DNA from: an uncultured Candidatus Sumerlaeota bacterium
Lineage (GTDB): Bacteria > CAYMEV01
Length of the DNA: 32,538 bases
NCBI GenBank assembly: GCA_964389675.1
Contig: CAYMEV010000001.1
Span: 124,001-156,538 of the forward strand
Direction of reading: 5' to 3'
Part shown: in pieces, positions 10,056 through 19,743 of the stretch
How the letters are laid out: the number at the start of each line of letters is the position of its first letter
How positions within the stretch are numbered: the stretch's first letter is position 1
Notes under the pieces: model-generated
What the model saw: only the letters and a program-made list of their open reading frames with translations
The model's database searches: none
Told to the model about the DNA's origin: nothing
Translations under genes and position numbers: made by a program

Positions 10056-10988
10056 ATGGATGAATGGTTTGCAATTGCCAATCCAGCTGCGGGCGTCTCA
10101 GCATGCAGAAAGCTTCTGCCTGATATAACCGGGCTTCTCATCAAATATGGTATTAAATTCAAAAAAATTCTATCCGAAAAAAAGGAACATGCTGTAAAAC
10201 TGGCTTATGATGCCTCCCGGGAAGGCTACAGGAAATTCATCAGCATAGGCGGGGATGGTACAGCCAATGAAATTGTTAACGGCATAAAAAAATATGCACA
10301 GAAGAGCATGCCTGATTTCGTGCTGGGAGTAATCCCGGCAGGAACAGGCAATGACTGGGGAAGATCTTTCGGCCTGACAGGAGACCATGAGAATGCTGTC
10401 AGGGCGATAAAGAATGGCAGTACAAAGGTGCAGGACATCTGCAGGGCAACCTATATGTCCAGAGAAGGCATTATCAGTGAAAAATATTTTATAAATGTAG
10501 CAGGGGCAGGCTATGATGCTGATGTACTGTTCAGGACAGAAAAGATGAAGGCCGGAGGCCGAAAGGGAAGCTGGCTTTATTTTTATAATATTTTCGCATC
10601 TCTCTTTTCCTATGTACCAGCGGTCACCACCGTCAGGATAGACGGAGATGATGTAATAAAGGAAAAAGCCCTCTCAATTAATGCGGGCATAGGAAAATAT
10701 AATGGCGGCGGTTTAATGCAGGTTCCCCATGCTGTCCTGGATGATGGGAACATAGCTGTTACATTCATAGGGGATATAGGGAAAATCGGTATTTTAACCA
10801 ATCTTCACAGGCTTAAAAACGGTAATATTAAAAACATCAGAAAGGTACAGCTTCTCAAAGGCAGGAAAATAGAAATATTTTCCGAGACAACAATGCTCTT
10901 TGAAGCAGATGGAGAAGCCCTGGGAGAAACACCTCTAACATTTGAAGTGGTCCCTGAAGCATTGAGGGTCATATCTGAACAGGCCTAA
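10056..10988 (+). CDS. Diacylglycerol/lipid kinase family protein (YegS/BmrU/DagK type)
   Basis: ANPAAG, GGDGT.NE, IPAGTGNDW, FINVAGAGYDA, YNGGG, ADGE. Confidence 0.92.
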   Translation: MDEWFAIANPAAGVSACRKLLPDITGLLIKYGIKFKKILSEKKEHAVKLAYDASREGYRKFISIGGDGTANEIVNGIKKYAQKSMPDFVLGVIPAGTGNDWGRSFGLTGDHENAVRAIKNGSTKVQDICRATYMSREGIISEKYFINVAGAGYDADVLFRTEKMKAGGRKGSWLYFYNIFASLFSYVPAVTTVRIDGDDVIKEKALSINAGIGKYNGGGLMQVPHAVLDDGNIAVTFIGDIGKIGILTNLHRLKNGNIKNIRKVQLLKGRKIEIFSETTMLFEADGEALGETPLTFEVVPEALRVISEQA

Positions 10989-11025
10989 TCAGGCAACCCA
11001 ATCATATAAAGCTCATTTTATAAGT

Positions 11026-11068
11026 ATGCCCCCTCATTATCATTGTGAGAGGGCATCCATCTTTTTTT
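11026..11068. terminator. Probable intrinsic terminator, possibly bidirectional, between convergent genes
   Basis: Arms ATGCCCCCTCA (11026-11036) and TGAGAGGGCAT (11046-11056), 10/11 pairs (the mismatch is G-U on the minus strand); T7 tract shortly after on the plus strand. Confidence 0.65.
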
Positions 11069-12446
11069 ATATGCTGCCGGCTATAAGATTCTTTACAAGC
11101 ATTGTAGGTGCTCCTACATTACCCCCTCCGAAAAATGGGTGTATGGGTTCAAAAACCAGGTCATTCCCGATGCACTCAATATTATTCAAAAAATCAAAAA
11201 CATTAGACCCTATGTTTATGGTGCTAATAGGCCTGGTAATCTTTCCATCCTCTATCAGGACCCCATCTCCGTTTATGCTGAAATCTCCTGAAACAAGGTT
11301 AATTCCTCTTACATCCAGCGGATTGTAGAAATAAAAGCCATATTTTATGCTCTTTATCATTTCCCCGGGGTCCGTGTCTCCACCCTTAACATAGAGATTT
11401 GAGAGCGAAGCAATAGGCAGTGAGTTAAAATGAGCCCGCCTGCTTGACCCTGTTGGAGAGGTGCTGTTCTTCCTTGCTGATTGAAGTGAATACAGATATG
11501 ATTCGAGTTTGCCTTTATTAAGTATGCATACCTTTTTTGCTGCAACTCCTTCATCATCATACGGAGTGCTTTGATAACCCCTTGGCATTAAAGGGTCATC
11601 AATGATGGAGAGAAAATCTGGAGCGATCTTCTCTCCAAGCTTATCCTTAAAGACAGACATGTTTCTGTCTACCAGGTCTCCTATAAATCCGTTTGAAAGC
11701 CTGGAGAATATCTGGTTTGCGGCCTTGGAATGTATCAGAACTGTCATTTCTTCAGTCTTTAAGCCTTCTCCTCCGGCCGATATTATTACCTTTTTTGCTG
11801 CATCTTCCCCGAGAAAGACCGGATCAAAATCAGAAAAGTAAATGCCTCCTATCTCCGATGTCTTCATCTGACGGTTGTCGCCTTTCCCGCCTATAACAAT
11901 ATACATGCCTCTCCATTTTGTTGTCAGGTATTCTATATCAAGGCCGTTTGAGTTGGTTATGGAATGCCTTGTAATTTTCTCTTCATATGATGAAACCCTG
12001 GATACCTTGATCATGTCAGAATAATCAAATGCAGCTTTTTCGACTGCCATTACCTTTTCAATCTTTGAATCAATGCTGTATTCATGTATCTGATGGTCAA
12101 AAAAGGGATTATCTGCTGATCTCCGGTTATAAATATCATCAGATTTAAGCTCCGGAGCGGGTTCAATATCCCTGTCCTCCGGCAGAAAGCCTATAATCTC
12201 TGATACATCCTCAATCATCTTAATTATGCTTTCCTTAAATATATTGTCCTTAAAACCGAAGCCGACCCTGTTGCCCTTCCAGAACCTCACAGCAACCCCT
12301 GTTTCATTTTCTTTGTTCAAAAGCTCAAGGTTCTGGTGGCATACCGATATATTTATATTCTCTGATTCAGTTTTATATACCTCACACCTGTCAAACCCCC
12401 TGCTTAAGGCAAGGTCTATGATCTGTTTATTGTTTAGCTTTTCCAT
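11067..12446 (-). CDS. pmbA: TldE/PmbA family protein (non-catalytic subunit)
   Basis: LSIIDDP....G..S.PYDDEG, PTGSSRR, NLYVKGG, NLVSGDFS, IEDGKITRP; no HExxxH; directly follows tldD. Confidence 0.88.
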   Translation of the reverse strand: MEKLNNKQIIDLALSRGFDRCEVYKTESENINISVCHQNLELLNKENETGVAVRFWKGNRVGFGFKDNIFKESIIKMIEDVSEIIGFLPEDRDIEPAPELKSDDIYNRRSADNPFFDHQIHEYSIDSKIEKVMAVEKAAFDYSDMIKVSRVSSYEEKITRHSITNSNGLDIEYLTTKWRGMYIVIGGKGDNRQMKTSEIGGIYFSDFDPVFLGEDAAKKVIISAGGEGLKTEEMTVLIHSKAANQIFSRLSNGFIGDLVDRNMSVFKDKLGEKIAPDFLSIIDDPLMPRGYQSTPYDDEGVAAKKVCILNKGKLESYLYSLQSARKNSTSPTGSSRRAHFNSLPIASLSNLYVKGGDTDPGEMIKSIKYGFYFYNPLDVRGINLVSGDFSINGDGVLIEDGKITRPISTINIGSNVFDFLNNIECIGNDLVFEPIHPFFGGGNVGAPTMLVKNLIAGSI

Positions 12447-12457
12447 TGCTCTCCTCC

Positions 12458-13855
12458 TTATCGCTTTTCAGTTCCGCCAACTATTATGGCTGGTATCCTC
12501 AAAGTTGGGCATCCCATATCTGCAGGCACAAACTGGTTTACTTTTCCGCATCCTCCGAGCCCTGAACTGAATTCCAGATCATCTGCAATCATATCAATCT
12601 CCCTTAATACTTTGGGGCCATTGCCGGTCAGCACTGCTCCTCGAACAGGTTCTGTAAGCTTGCCGTTCTCAATGATATACCCGACATGCACATTAAAGCT
12701 GAAATCCCCCTTTGCTGAATCAACAATTCCTCCTCCGACGCTCTTAACAAACAGCCCTTTTTTAACAGACTCAATTATTTCATCAGGCCTGTCCGGCCCC
12801 CTGTCAAGGTACAGATTGCTCTGCCTTGGTATTGGCATATACCTGAAATTTTCCCTTCTTCCGTTTCCTGTGCATTTTCCTGTGAATTTTCCGCTTAAGC
12901 GGTCTGAAAGATAGTTTTTAAGAACTCCCTTTTCTATTGCATATGTCTTCTGTCCCAAAGTTCCTTCATCATCATATACAAAACTTCCCTTCTTTCTTTC
13001 CACTGTAGGGTCATCAATGATCGATACTATTGGTGATGCAACATTTTTCCCAACCTTGTCGCGGTAGACAGATATGCCCTTTCTGATAAAATCTGCTTCA
13101 AGGCCATGCCCGCATGCTTCATGAAAGACCGCCCCGGTCCCGCCTGAGCCATTCCCGACAACTACTGTCATTTCGCCTGCCGGCGATGGCTTTGCATAAA
13201 GCATTGTAAGAGCTACATCACATACCTTTTTCGCAATATCTTCCGGTATATGCCTGGTATATATTGATGCATCATCATAAACACCGAATCCATCTGTTGA
13301 TATGAAGGATTTTCCTTTATCCTTCACCACTACGCTGATCTTAAACTCCGTAATATTCCTGTCTTCTTTTATAAAATCGCCGTCAAGATTGAGAAGGGTT
13401 ATCTTTCTCAGGTACTCATAATATCCCACTATCACCTGTACTATCTTATCAGAATAATTCCAGGCAAAATCATTCCCCCTTTTTATATAATCGAGCTTGT
13501 CCTGAAGAGATACTGAAAATGTAGGCTCCTTCAGGTCAAATCTCCTTATCTCATTATTTTTAAGTGAGACAGTCCTGTCTGAACTGTTTACGGCTGATAT
13601 ATTCCTGGCTTCCCTTGCAGCAGATTCAAGGCCCTTCTCAGTCACATCGCTGGTGGAAACATAATAGGTCTGGGAATCCTTAACCAGCCTTATACCGAGC
13701 CCTGAACTTGCTCCGGGTGTTATACTCTTGAACTCCCTGTCCCTCATCTGTATATTGAGAGTCTGCCAGTCCTCAATAAAGATATCTGCAAGGTCTGTTC
13801 CTCTGTCGGCTGATGAGGAGAGATGCCTTAATAAGATCCTTTTATCTATTTCCAT
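12458..13855 (-). CDS. tldD: TldD metalloprotease subunit
   Basis: FHEACGHGLEAD metal motif, YDDEG, GNGRRE..Y.PIPRQSN, C-terminal GCGK; AGGAGG RBS. Confidence 0.93.
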   Translation of the reverse strand: MEIDKRILLRHLSSSADRGTDLADIFIEDWQTLNIQMRDREFKSITPGASSGLGIRLVKDSQTYYVSTSDVTEKGLESAAREARNISAVNSSDRTVSLKNNEIRRFDLKEPTFSVSLQDKLDYIKRGNDFAWNYSDKIVQVIVGYYEYLRKITLLNLDGDFIKEDRNITEFKISVVVKDKGKSFISTDGFGVYDDASIYTRHIPEDIAKKVCDVALTMLYAKPSPAGEMTVVVGNGSGGTGAVFHEACGHGLEADFIRKGISVYRDKVGKNVASPIVSIIDDPTVERKKGSFVYDDEGTLGQKTYAIEKGVLKNYLSDRLSGKFTGKCTGNGRRENFRYMPIPRQSNLYLDRGPDRPDEIIESVKKGLFVKSVGGGIVDSAKGDFSFNVHVGYIIENGKLTEPVRGAVLTGNGPKVLREIDMIADDLEFSSGLGGCGKVNQFVPADMGCPTLRIPAIIVGGTEKR

Positions 13856-13866
13856 AGAAACCTCCT

Positions 13867-14727
13867 TTAATTATTTTTGATTTTATTGAATACACTGGAA
13901 GCATTATATGAACTCCTGACAAAGGGGCCGCTTATCACATGCCTGATCCCCATACCATATGCAGTTTCTTCCAGCTCTTTGAATTCGCCTGGCGTATAGA
14001 ACTTCTTCTCAGGATAATTATATCTGGATGGTGATATATACTGGCCTATAGTAATAATATCCACATAATCACTTACTGCCTGAAAAAGCTCCCTTATTTC
14101 TTCCGGCTTTTCACCAAGGCCTACCATAATGCCTGTTTTCACATATATGTTATCTGAGTATTCTTTTGCTGTCCTGAGGATATTCAGTGACCTGTCAAAG
14201 TCTGCCTGGGGCCTGACATTGCTGTATAATGACCTGACCGTTTCCAGATTGTGGTTTATTATGTCGGGCCTGTTTTCAAGGACTTTAAACAGGGAATCCT
14301 GATCACCTTTAAAATCAGGTATCAGAACCTCAACCTTAAGCTGGCTGAGCTGGCCTTTCAGTAAATCGATTACCCTGCAGAACTGGCCTGCCCCGCCGTC
14401 AGGCAGGTCATCCCGGGTAACAGAGGTTATAACCACGTATCTTAAACCAAGATCCCTGACCATATTCAATATCATACCGGGTTCATCTTCTGAAACAGTG
14501 TCCGGACTGCCATGGCCAACTGCACAAAAACTGCAGTTTCTGGTACAGTTCTTCCCCAGTATCATAAAGGTTGCCGTCTTTTTTTCAAAACACTCAGATA
14601 TATTTGGACACCTTGCTTCTTCGCAGACCGTATGCAGCTTGTATGCCCTCAGCCTCTTTTTTATATCCCTGGTTTTTGCAGGATCCCTGTTCTTTTTCAT
14701 CCAATCAGGCAATTTATGATTATTCAT
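13867..14727 (-). CDS. lipA: Lipoyl synthase (radical SAM)
   Basis: CEEARCPNISEC auxiliary-cluster motif, CTRNCSFC radical SAM motif, TSVTRDDLPDGGA, NHNLETV, RSSY. Confidence 0.97.
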   Translation of the reverse strand: MNNHKLPDWMKKNRDPAKTRDIKKRLRAYKLHTVCEEARCPNISECFEKKTATFMILGKNCTRNCSFCAVGHGSPDTVSEDEPGMILNMVRDLGLRYVVITSVTRDDLPDGGAGQFCRVIDLLKGQLSQLKVEVLIPDFKGDQDSLFKVLENRPDIINHNLETVRSLYSNVRPQADFDRSLNILRTAKEYSDNIYVKTGIMVGLGEKPEEIRELFQAVSDYVDIITIGQYISPSRYNYPEKKFYTPGEFKELEETAYGMGIRHVISGPFVRSSYNASSVFNKIKNN

Positions 14728-15179
14728 CTGTTCAAAACCTCGTATGAGCTGACCTTAAAATGCTTCTTAAGCCTTTCTCCAAGAATTTCTGCCTTTTCCA
14801 TAGTTTCGCAGGGGCTTATTATGATACAATAGCCTTCTTTATTCCTGGCATAGTCTATTTTGTATGAAAACTTCAGGTCATTGACAATTTCTTCCCTCTG
14901 AGAATTAAAGAAGGCCCTTGCGTCTTTCTCAGAGTCAAAACAGCCGATTGCAACACTCAAACAGCTTCCCGGCGGCTGCTGTTCCTGGCTTATGGAGCTT
15001 TCGATAGCACTGTCTATCTCCTCTTCAATTATCAGTATATCTTCGGGTTTTGAATTTTTAATATCCTCTTTTTTGTTTAAATTAAGCTGGTATAGATATG
15101 CAAAAACAGCAAATGCTATTAGCAGGAAAATATAGGCAACATATACTTTTCTGATAATGTTCGCAGGCTGATTGTTCAT
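14724..15179 (-). CDS. Single-pass membrane protein with C-terminal SPOR-like domain
   Basis: TM helix, charged linker, then SVAIGCFDSEKDA...YCIIISP.ETMEKAEILGERLK, matching the SPOR beta-alpha-beta repeat pattern (Q in the first strand not conserved). Confidence 0.6.
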   Translation of the reverse strand: MNNQPANIIRKVYVAYIFLLIAFAVFAYLYQLNLNKKEDIKNSKPEDILIIEEEIDSAIESSISQEQQPPGSCLSVAIGCFDSEKDARAFFNSQREEIVNDLKFSYKIDYARNKEGYCIIISPCETMEKAEILGERLKKHFKVSSYEVLNR

Positions 15180-15185
15180 AGCATG

Positions 15186-16295
15186 TCACAGTTTCTCGAT
15201 AGTGGCCTGGACCTCTCTGGATTTCTCAAGAACATTCGGAAGAATATCCTTGGAGAGATACGAATGGCATATGGTAATGAATTCTTCTGATATCTGATCG
15301 AAGATCTCTCTTAAAACAAGTATCATTGATTTTTCATTGTCTGATTTTATGCTTTCGAACAGAGATCTGGGTTCAAAAAACCCTTCCTTATAAAAAACAT
15401 TCTTATCTATTAGATCGTGATATTTCTTGAATATCGGATCAAGCCTGTCCCTTATTATTGTTTCTCTGTCCTTGCCAAATTCCTTCCCCAGAAGATCATA
15501 TGTAAGGATAAAAAATTCATTGTATTTCTCTATAAATTTATAGGCATATGGATAGAGGTCCTTGTAATTATCAGCCTTTTTTGAAATATTTATCTTATCC
15601 AGAAGCCTTATGGTTATAAGCCTCCATAAAATATTGCATACTTCAAAGCTTGATATATCATCAAAACTATTTGAAAATTCCATTATTTCCGCAGGCTCTT
15701 CAAGTTTCTGAATCACCTGGTATTCTTTCTGGGTCAGATCAATATCCTTGATGATCCTGCCAAAGTTAAAGGACCTTCTGATTTTCATTGGATATTGGAA
15801 AAGCACGCTGTCTATTCTGCTCCAGGAGTGGAATCTTCTCATACCTTCCAGGATAAGGTTAGGAACATATATCTGAAAATCTATCAGGTTTTCATCATCG
15901 AGGTGAGGTTTTATCTGGAAAACATATTTTCCCGTCTTCCATTTAAAAAGTGAAATAATATTTTGCTTAACCTGGAATCTGACTGCATTTATAAGGTCTT
16001 CCCCCTTTATGGCCCCCATTTCCACAAGGATCGTCCCCTGCTTTTTGGCCTTTGATATCATCTTTGATGATTGATGGTACTGGTCAATTGTAATAAGCCC
16101 TTCTTTCAGGAGGACCTCCCCCAGCCTGTCGTCATTCTGGTTCGAAAGGGCGAAAACCACATTGCCGTTCCTGAAATAGACAGTTTTTAATATATTATAA
16201 TCCTTCAGGTAAAGTACGCCTGTTTCCTTCTGCGAAAAGATGAAATAAAGCACATCACCGAAGTTGGTCGGGGTTATAACTCCTTCAATATCCAT
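15186..16295 (-). CDS. DUF4388 (PatA-N-like) domain protein containing MshEN-like repeats
   Basis: G.I....FGDVL......KETGVLYL......K.VYFRNGNVVFA.SN...RLGE.L; LFKWKTGKYVF; NLILEGMRR. Confidence 0.8.
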   Translation of the reverse strand: MDIEGVITPTNFGDVLYFIFSQKETGVLYLKDYNILKTVYFRNGNVVFALSNQNDDRLGEVLLKEGLITIDQYHQSSKMISKAKKQGTILVEMGAIKGEDLINAVRFQVKQNIISLFKWKTGKYVFQIKPHLDDENLIDFQIYVPNLILEGMRRFHSWSRIDSVLFQYPMKIRRSFNFGRIIKDIDLTQKEYQVIQKLEEPAEIMEFSNSFDDISSFEVCNILWRLITIRLLDKINISKKADNYKDLYPYAYKFIEKYNEFFILTYDLLGKEFGKDRETIIRDRLDPIFKKYHDLIDKNVFYKEGFFEPRSLFESIKSDNEKSMILVLREIFDQISEEFITICHSYLSKDILPNVLEKSREVQATIEKL

Positions 16296-16299
16296 AATC

Positions 16300-17682
16300 C
16301 TATTTCCTTTTTATGTATTTTTCTATTCTGTTCTTGCCTTTTTGCTTTGCCAGATACATAGCCTGGTCAGAGTTGGCAAGAAGCTCATTGGAATCGCCGC
16401 CATGCTCCGGGTAGGATGCAATCCCCATTGTAACCGAAATATTGAGATCCCTTTCGATATTATCAAAATGAATCGGCTGTTTTTCTATAGAACTTCTTAT
16501 CCTCTCTGCAACAAGATGTGCACCATCAATATCAGTAAGAGGAAGAATTATTGAGAATTCATCACCGCCAAACCTGAACACCCTGTCAAAAGCCCTTATA
16601 GAGATCTTGAGTATTTCCGAGATCTTTTTGATAACCTTTGAACCTGTAAGATGTCCATAGCTGTCATTAACCTCTTTCAGATTATCTATATCGAGAAAGA
16701 TAATCGAAAAGCAGCTGTTCTTGGCTTTTGATGAGGCGATAAGCCTGTCTATGAAACGTTCAAGGTATCTCCTGTTATAAACGGTTGTCAGGTCATCCAC
16801 ATAAGTAAGCTGCTTTGTAAGCTCATATCTTTCATAGTTCTTAAAGAATGCCCTGTATAAAGTCAGCATATTGTTTATTATCCTTACATCATCGTCATTG
16901 AATGAAGAGTGTTTTGCCAGTATCAGAAGCGCTACAAAAAGGTCTGATATGTGGAGCTTAATGATAAGATAGTGGTAGTCTTCAGAAACCCCCATCCTTT
17001 TTGAAAGGTTCTTTGATTCCTTGTCCGTCAAAAAGTATGAATCGCCTGTAACGAGATATCTTTTGAATGCAAGTATATAATCATCCAGGTCTACAAGAGC
17101 GTCAGTTTCAATATTCTTCCCCAGGTGCACAACCGGAGATTCATAGATTTCTTCAACATTCTTCTTGAGTATGGAAAAGCCGAATTGACTGCTGCTGACA
17201 TTAACACTTGAGTCAACTACCATGTTCAGGATCCCGAGAATATCAACAGATTCGATCAGAAGATAAATAAGCTTTGAATAATTGAACCCCTTGATAGCAT
17301 TCTCATTAATAATATCATCAATTATCCGTTCAATTCTTGTAAGGTCATCACAGAAGAAATACTGGTTATACCCTTTAGCTATGACATGCAGAGCGATCTC
17401 CCTGTCAAATTTCTCGCTGAAGATGCAGATATTAAACTCCTTGCCTGAAAAAAGGTTCTCTACCAGTTTGTCCCTCTTAATTAGCTCATAATCCACTATG
17501 TAGTAGTTCTCCAGCTCAAACTGATCAAAGAAGCTCTGAAGCTCATAGCTGAATGAAATTACCCTTGATATTATGTTAAGGCTGTCGGTCTCATGGGAAG
17601 ACTTCTCTACCCTTGACCTTATGGTATCTATCCTGGCCTGATCATTGCTGAAGATGTATACGGTTTTAATTACAAGGTTCAA
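16300..17682 (-). CDS. Diguanylate cyclase (degenerate REC-like / GAF-like N-terminus + GGDEF)
   Basis: DDLTTVYNRRY, LDIDNLKEVNDSYGHLTG, RAFD I-site 5 aa before intact GGDEF, DQAMYLAKQKGKN; TTG start is uncertain. Confidence 0.92.
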   Translation of the reverse strand: MNLVIKTVYIFSNDQARIDTIRSRVEKSSHETDSLNIISRVISFSYELQSFFDQFELENYYIVDYELIKRDKLVENLFSGKEFNICIFSEKFDREIALHVIAKGYNQYFFCDDLTRIERIIDDIINENAIKGFNYSKLIYLLIESVDILGILNMVVDSSVNVSSSQFGFSILKKNVEEIYESPVVHLGKNIETDALVDLDDYILAFKRYLVTGDSYFLTDKESKNLSKRMGVSEDYHYLIIKLHISDLFVALLILAKHSSFNDDDVRIINNMLTLYRAFFKNYERYELTKQLTYVDDLTTVYNRRYLERFIDRLIASSKAKNSCFSIIFLDIDNLKEVNDSYGHLTGSKVIKKISEILKISIRAFDRVFRFGGDEFSIILPLTDIDGAHLVAERIRSSIEKQPIHFDNIERDLNISVTMGIASYPEHGGDSNELLANSDQAMYLAKQKGKNRIEKYIKRK

Positions 17683-17685
17683 CAG

Positions 17686-18444
17686 CTACTTGTTTCCTTC
17701 CTTCTGATGCAAAAAGGTTTTTAGGAGTTCAATAGGTATAGGGAATACTACAGTTGAATTGTTTTCTGCCGAGATTTCAACGAGTGTCTGAAGATATCTC
17801 ATTTGTATGGCGACAGGCCTGTCTTCCAATACTTTTGATGCAAGAGCAAGCTTTTCCGATGCCTGATATTCACCCTCAGCGGATATGACCTTTGCCCTTC
17901 TTTCCCTCTCAGCTTGTGCCTGCCGGGCCATTGCCCTCTGCATATCTGTGGGGATCTCAACATGCTTTATCTCGACTGCTGTTACCTTAATGCCCCATGG
18001 ATCCGTCTGCTCATCCAGGATCTTCTGAAGCTTGGTATTTATCTTTTCCCTTGAAGCCAGAAGCTCATCAAGCTCACTCTCTCCCAGTATGGAGCGAAGT
18101 GTCGTCTGGGCAAGCTGGCTTGTTGCATAAAGGAAATTATCCACCTTTATGACTGCATCAATAGGATTCATTACCTTGAAATATACGACAGCATTGACGG
18201 TTGCTGTAACATTGTCCTTTGTAATAATGTCCTGGGACGGAACATCCATTGTTACAATACGCAGGCTGACACGTACGATCTGGTCAAAAGGGTAAAATAC
18301 TATGATCAACCCGGGTCCCTTTGGTTCCTTTAATACCCTTCCAAGCCTGAATATGACACCCTTTTCATACTCTTTCAGTATCTTGACACATGAAAAGATA
18401 TAGAAGAAGAATATTGCTATAGCGATATAAAAGATCTGAGGCAT
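17686..18444 (-). CDS. SPFH/band-7 stomatin-like protein (slipin)
   Basis: [67 protein letters not shown]. Confidence 0.95.
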   Translation of the reverse strand: MPQIFYIAIAIFFFYIFSCVKILKEYEKGVIFRLGRVLKEPKGPGLIIVFYPFDQIVRVSLRIVTMDVPSQDIITKDNVTATVNAVVYFKVMNPIDAVIKVDNFLYATSQLAQTTLRSILGESELDELLASREKINTKLQKILDEQTDPWGIKVTAVEIKHVEIPTDMQRAMARQAQAERERRAKVISAEGEYQASEKLALASKVLEDRPVAIQMRYLQTLVEISAENNSTVVFPIPIELLKTFLHQKEGNK

Positions 18445-18456
18445 TTTTCTTTCCCC

Positions 18457-19743
18457 CTATTTTATTTTTTTTACAATTATTACTTTATCCTTTTTTTCTG
18501 AGATTTCAACCAAATCTCCCTCTTTCAGTTCATCCTCTGAATTTACAACCCAGTATGAACCGTCAAAGTATATGAATATATCATTATTATCAACTCTTCT
18601 TATTCTGGTTTTCTGCCCGATAAAATTATCAAATGAGAGATAATCTCCCCTTTTAAATATTTTCAGGGTTGAAAAAGCAATCAGAAGGACTATAAAGAAT
18701 AAACCCAAAGCAATGCCGAAAAGAAGTGATCTGGAGACATAAAGCCCTGTTTCAGCTTTGTCAAAGAGCATTATCCCGCCCAGTATAAAGGAGATTATAC
18801 CTCCAATGCCAAAAATTCCAAAATCAGGCCTCATTATCTCAATGAAAAAGAAAAGGAAAGAAAGCAGAATGAGTGACAGCCCCGCGACAGATATGGGAAG
18901 CACCTGGCTTGCAAAGAAACCAAGGACCAGGAAGATGCTTCCAATAACCCCCGGGAAGATAAGCCCTGGATTGGTGATCTCAATAAAAAGGCCGAGCATT
19001 CCAAGTGAAAGGAATATCATAAAGAGATTCGGGTTCTGAAGGTAGCCGAGCACAACCTCAGAGAATGTCTTCTCTATTACTATGGTTTTACGGTTTTTTG
19101 TCATGATCTCAAGCTCAAGATTATTCTTTTTAATGACCCTGCCGTCAATCTGATCCAGAAGGTGGTTTGTGTCTTTTGCATATATATCAATTACCTTAAG
19201 CTCAAGTGCTTCACTTGCTGTAATATTAAAGCTCTCTGTAACTGCTTTTTCATACCACACGGCATTCCTGCCCTTTTCTTCAGCTATGGATTTAATCTTT
19301 GCGATCAATGCGTTTGTAATTTTCTGCTTGAGAGTCTCATCGATCTCCTTTCCTTCTGCACTGACCGGCTGTGCGCTTCCTATGTTTGTCTGAGGAGCCA
19401 TGGCTGCAATGTCAGCAGAGGCAACTATAAAAACCCCTGCTGAGTTAGCGCCTCCGCCCTGGGGATAAACATATATTACAATGCACATCGGCGCATTGAT
19501 TATCTCTATCAGTATTTTTTCCATAGTGCTGACAAGGCCTCCGGGTGTATTAAGCCTTATGACAAGAAGGTCACTCCCGCCTTTGTCCGCCATATCTATT
19601 GCTCTTGTTATATACCTGTGGGTAACAGGTCCAATCACATCATCAACATCAGCTATGTATATTTCTCCTGCAGATGAAAATGAATAAAAGACAAGAGATA
19701 AAAGGATTAATATTATTGTTTTACATCGCATAGTTCCCGCCAT
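18457..19743 (-). CDS. nfeD: Long-form NfeD membrane-bound serine protease (ClpP-class domain + TM region + OB fold); start may be ATG at 19731
   Basis: LNTPGGLV, YVYPQGGGANSAG (Ser), AAMAPQTNIGSA.PV, KITN, EITNPG..FPGVIG; adjacent to slipin. Confidence 0.9.
   Translation of the reverse strand: MAGTMRCKTIILILLSLVFYSFSSAGEIYIADVDDVIGPVTHRYITRAIDMADKGGSDLLVIRLNTPGGLVSTMEKILIEIINAPMCIVIYVYPQGGGANSAGVFIVASADIAAMAPQTNIGSAQPVSAEGKEIDETLKQKITNALIAKIKSIAEEKGRNAVWYEKAVTESFNITASEALELKVIDIYAKDTNHLLDQIDGRVIKKNNLELEIMTKNRKTIVIEKTFSEVVLGYLQNPNLFMIFLSLGMLGLFIEITNPGLIFPGVIGSIFLVLGFFASQVLPISVAGLSLILLSFLFFFIEIMRPDFGIFGIGGIISFILGGIMLFDKAETGLYVSRSLLFGIALGLFFIVLLIAFSTLKIFKRGDYLSFDNFIGQKTRIRRVDNNDIFIYFDGSYWVVNSEDELKEGDLVEISEKKDKVIIVKKIK

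Noticed and set aside
2990..11000. Possible genomic island integrated at tRNA-Arg
   Set aside because: No integrase, no duplicate of the tRNA 3' end seen by eye, and no obvious compositional shift
11067..15179. RiPP cluster (radical SAM + TldDE)
   Set aside because: The radical SAM enzyme is a canonical LipA; no precursor peptide, YcaO or exporter is visible
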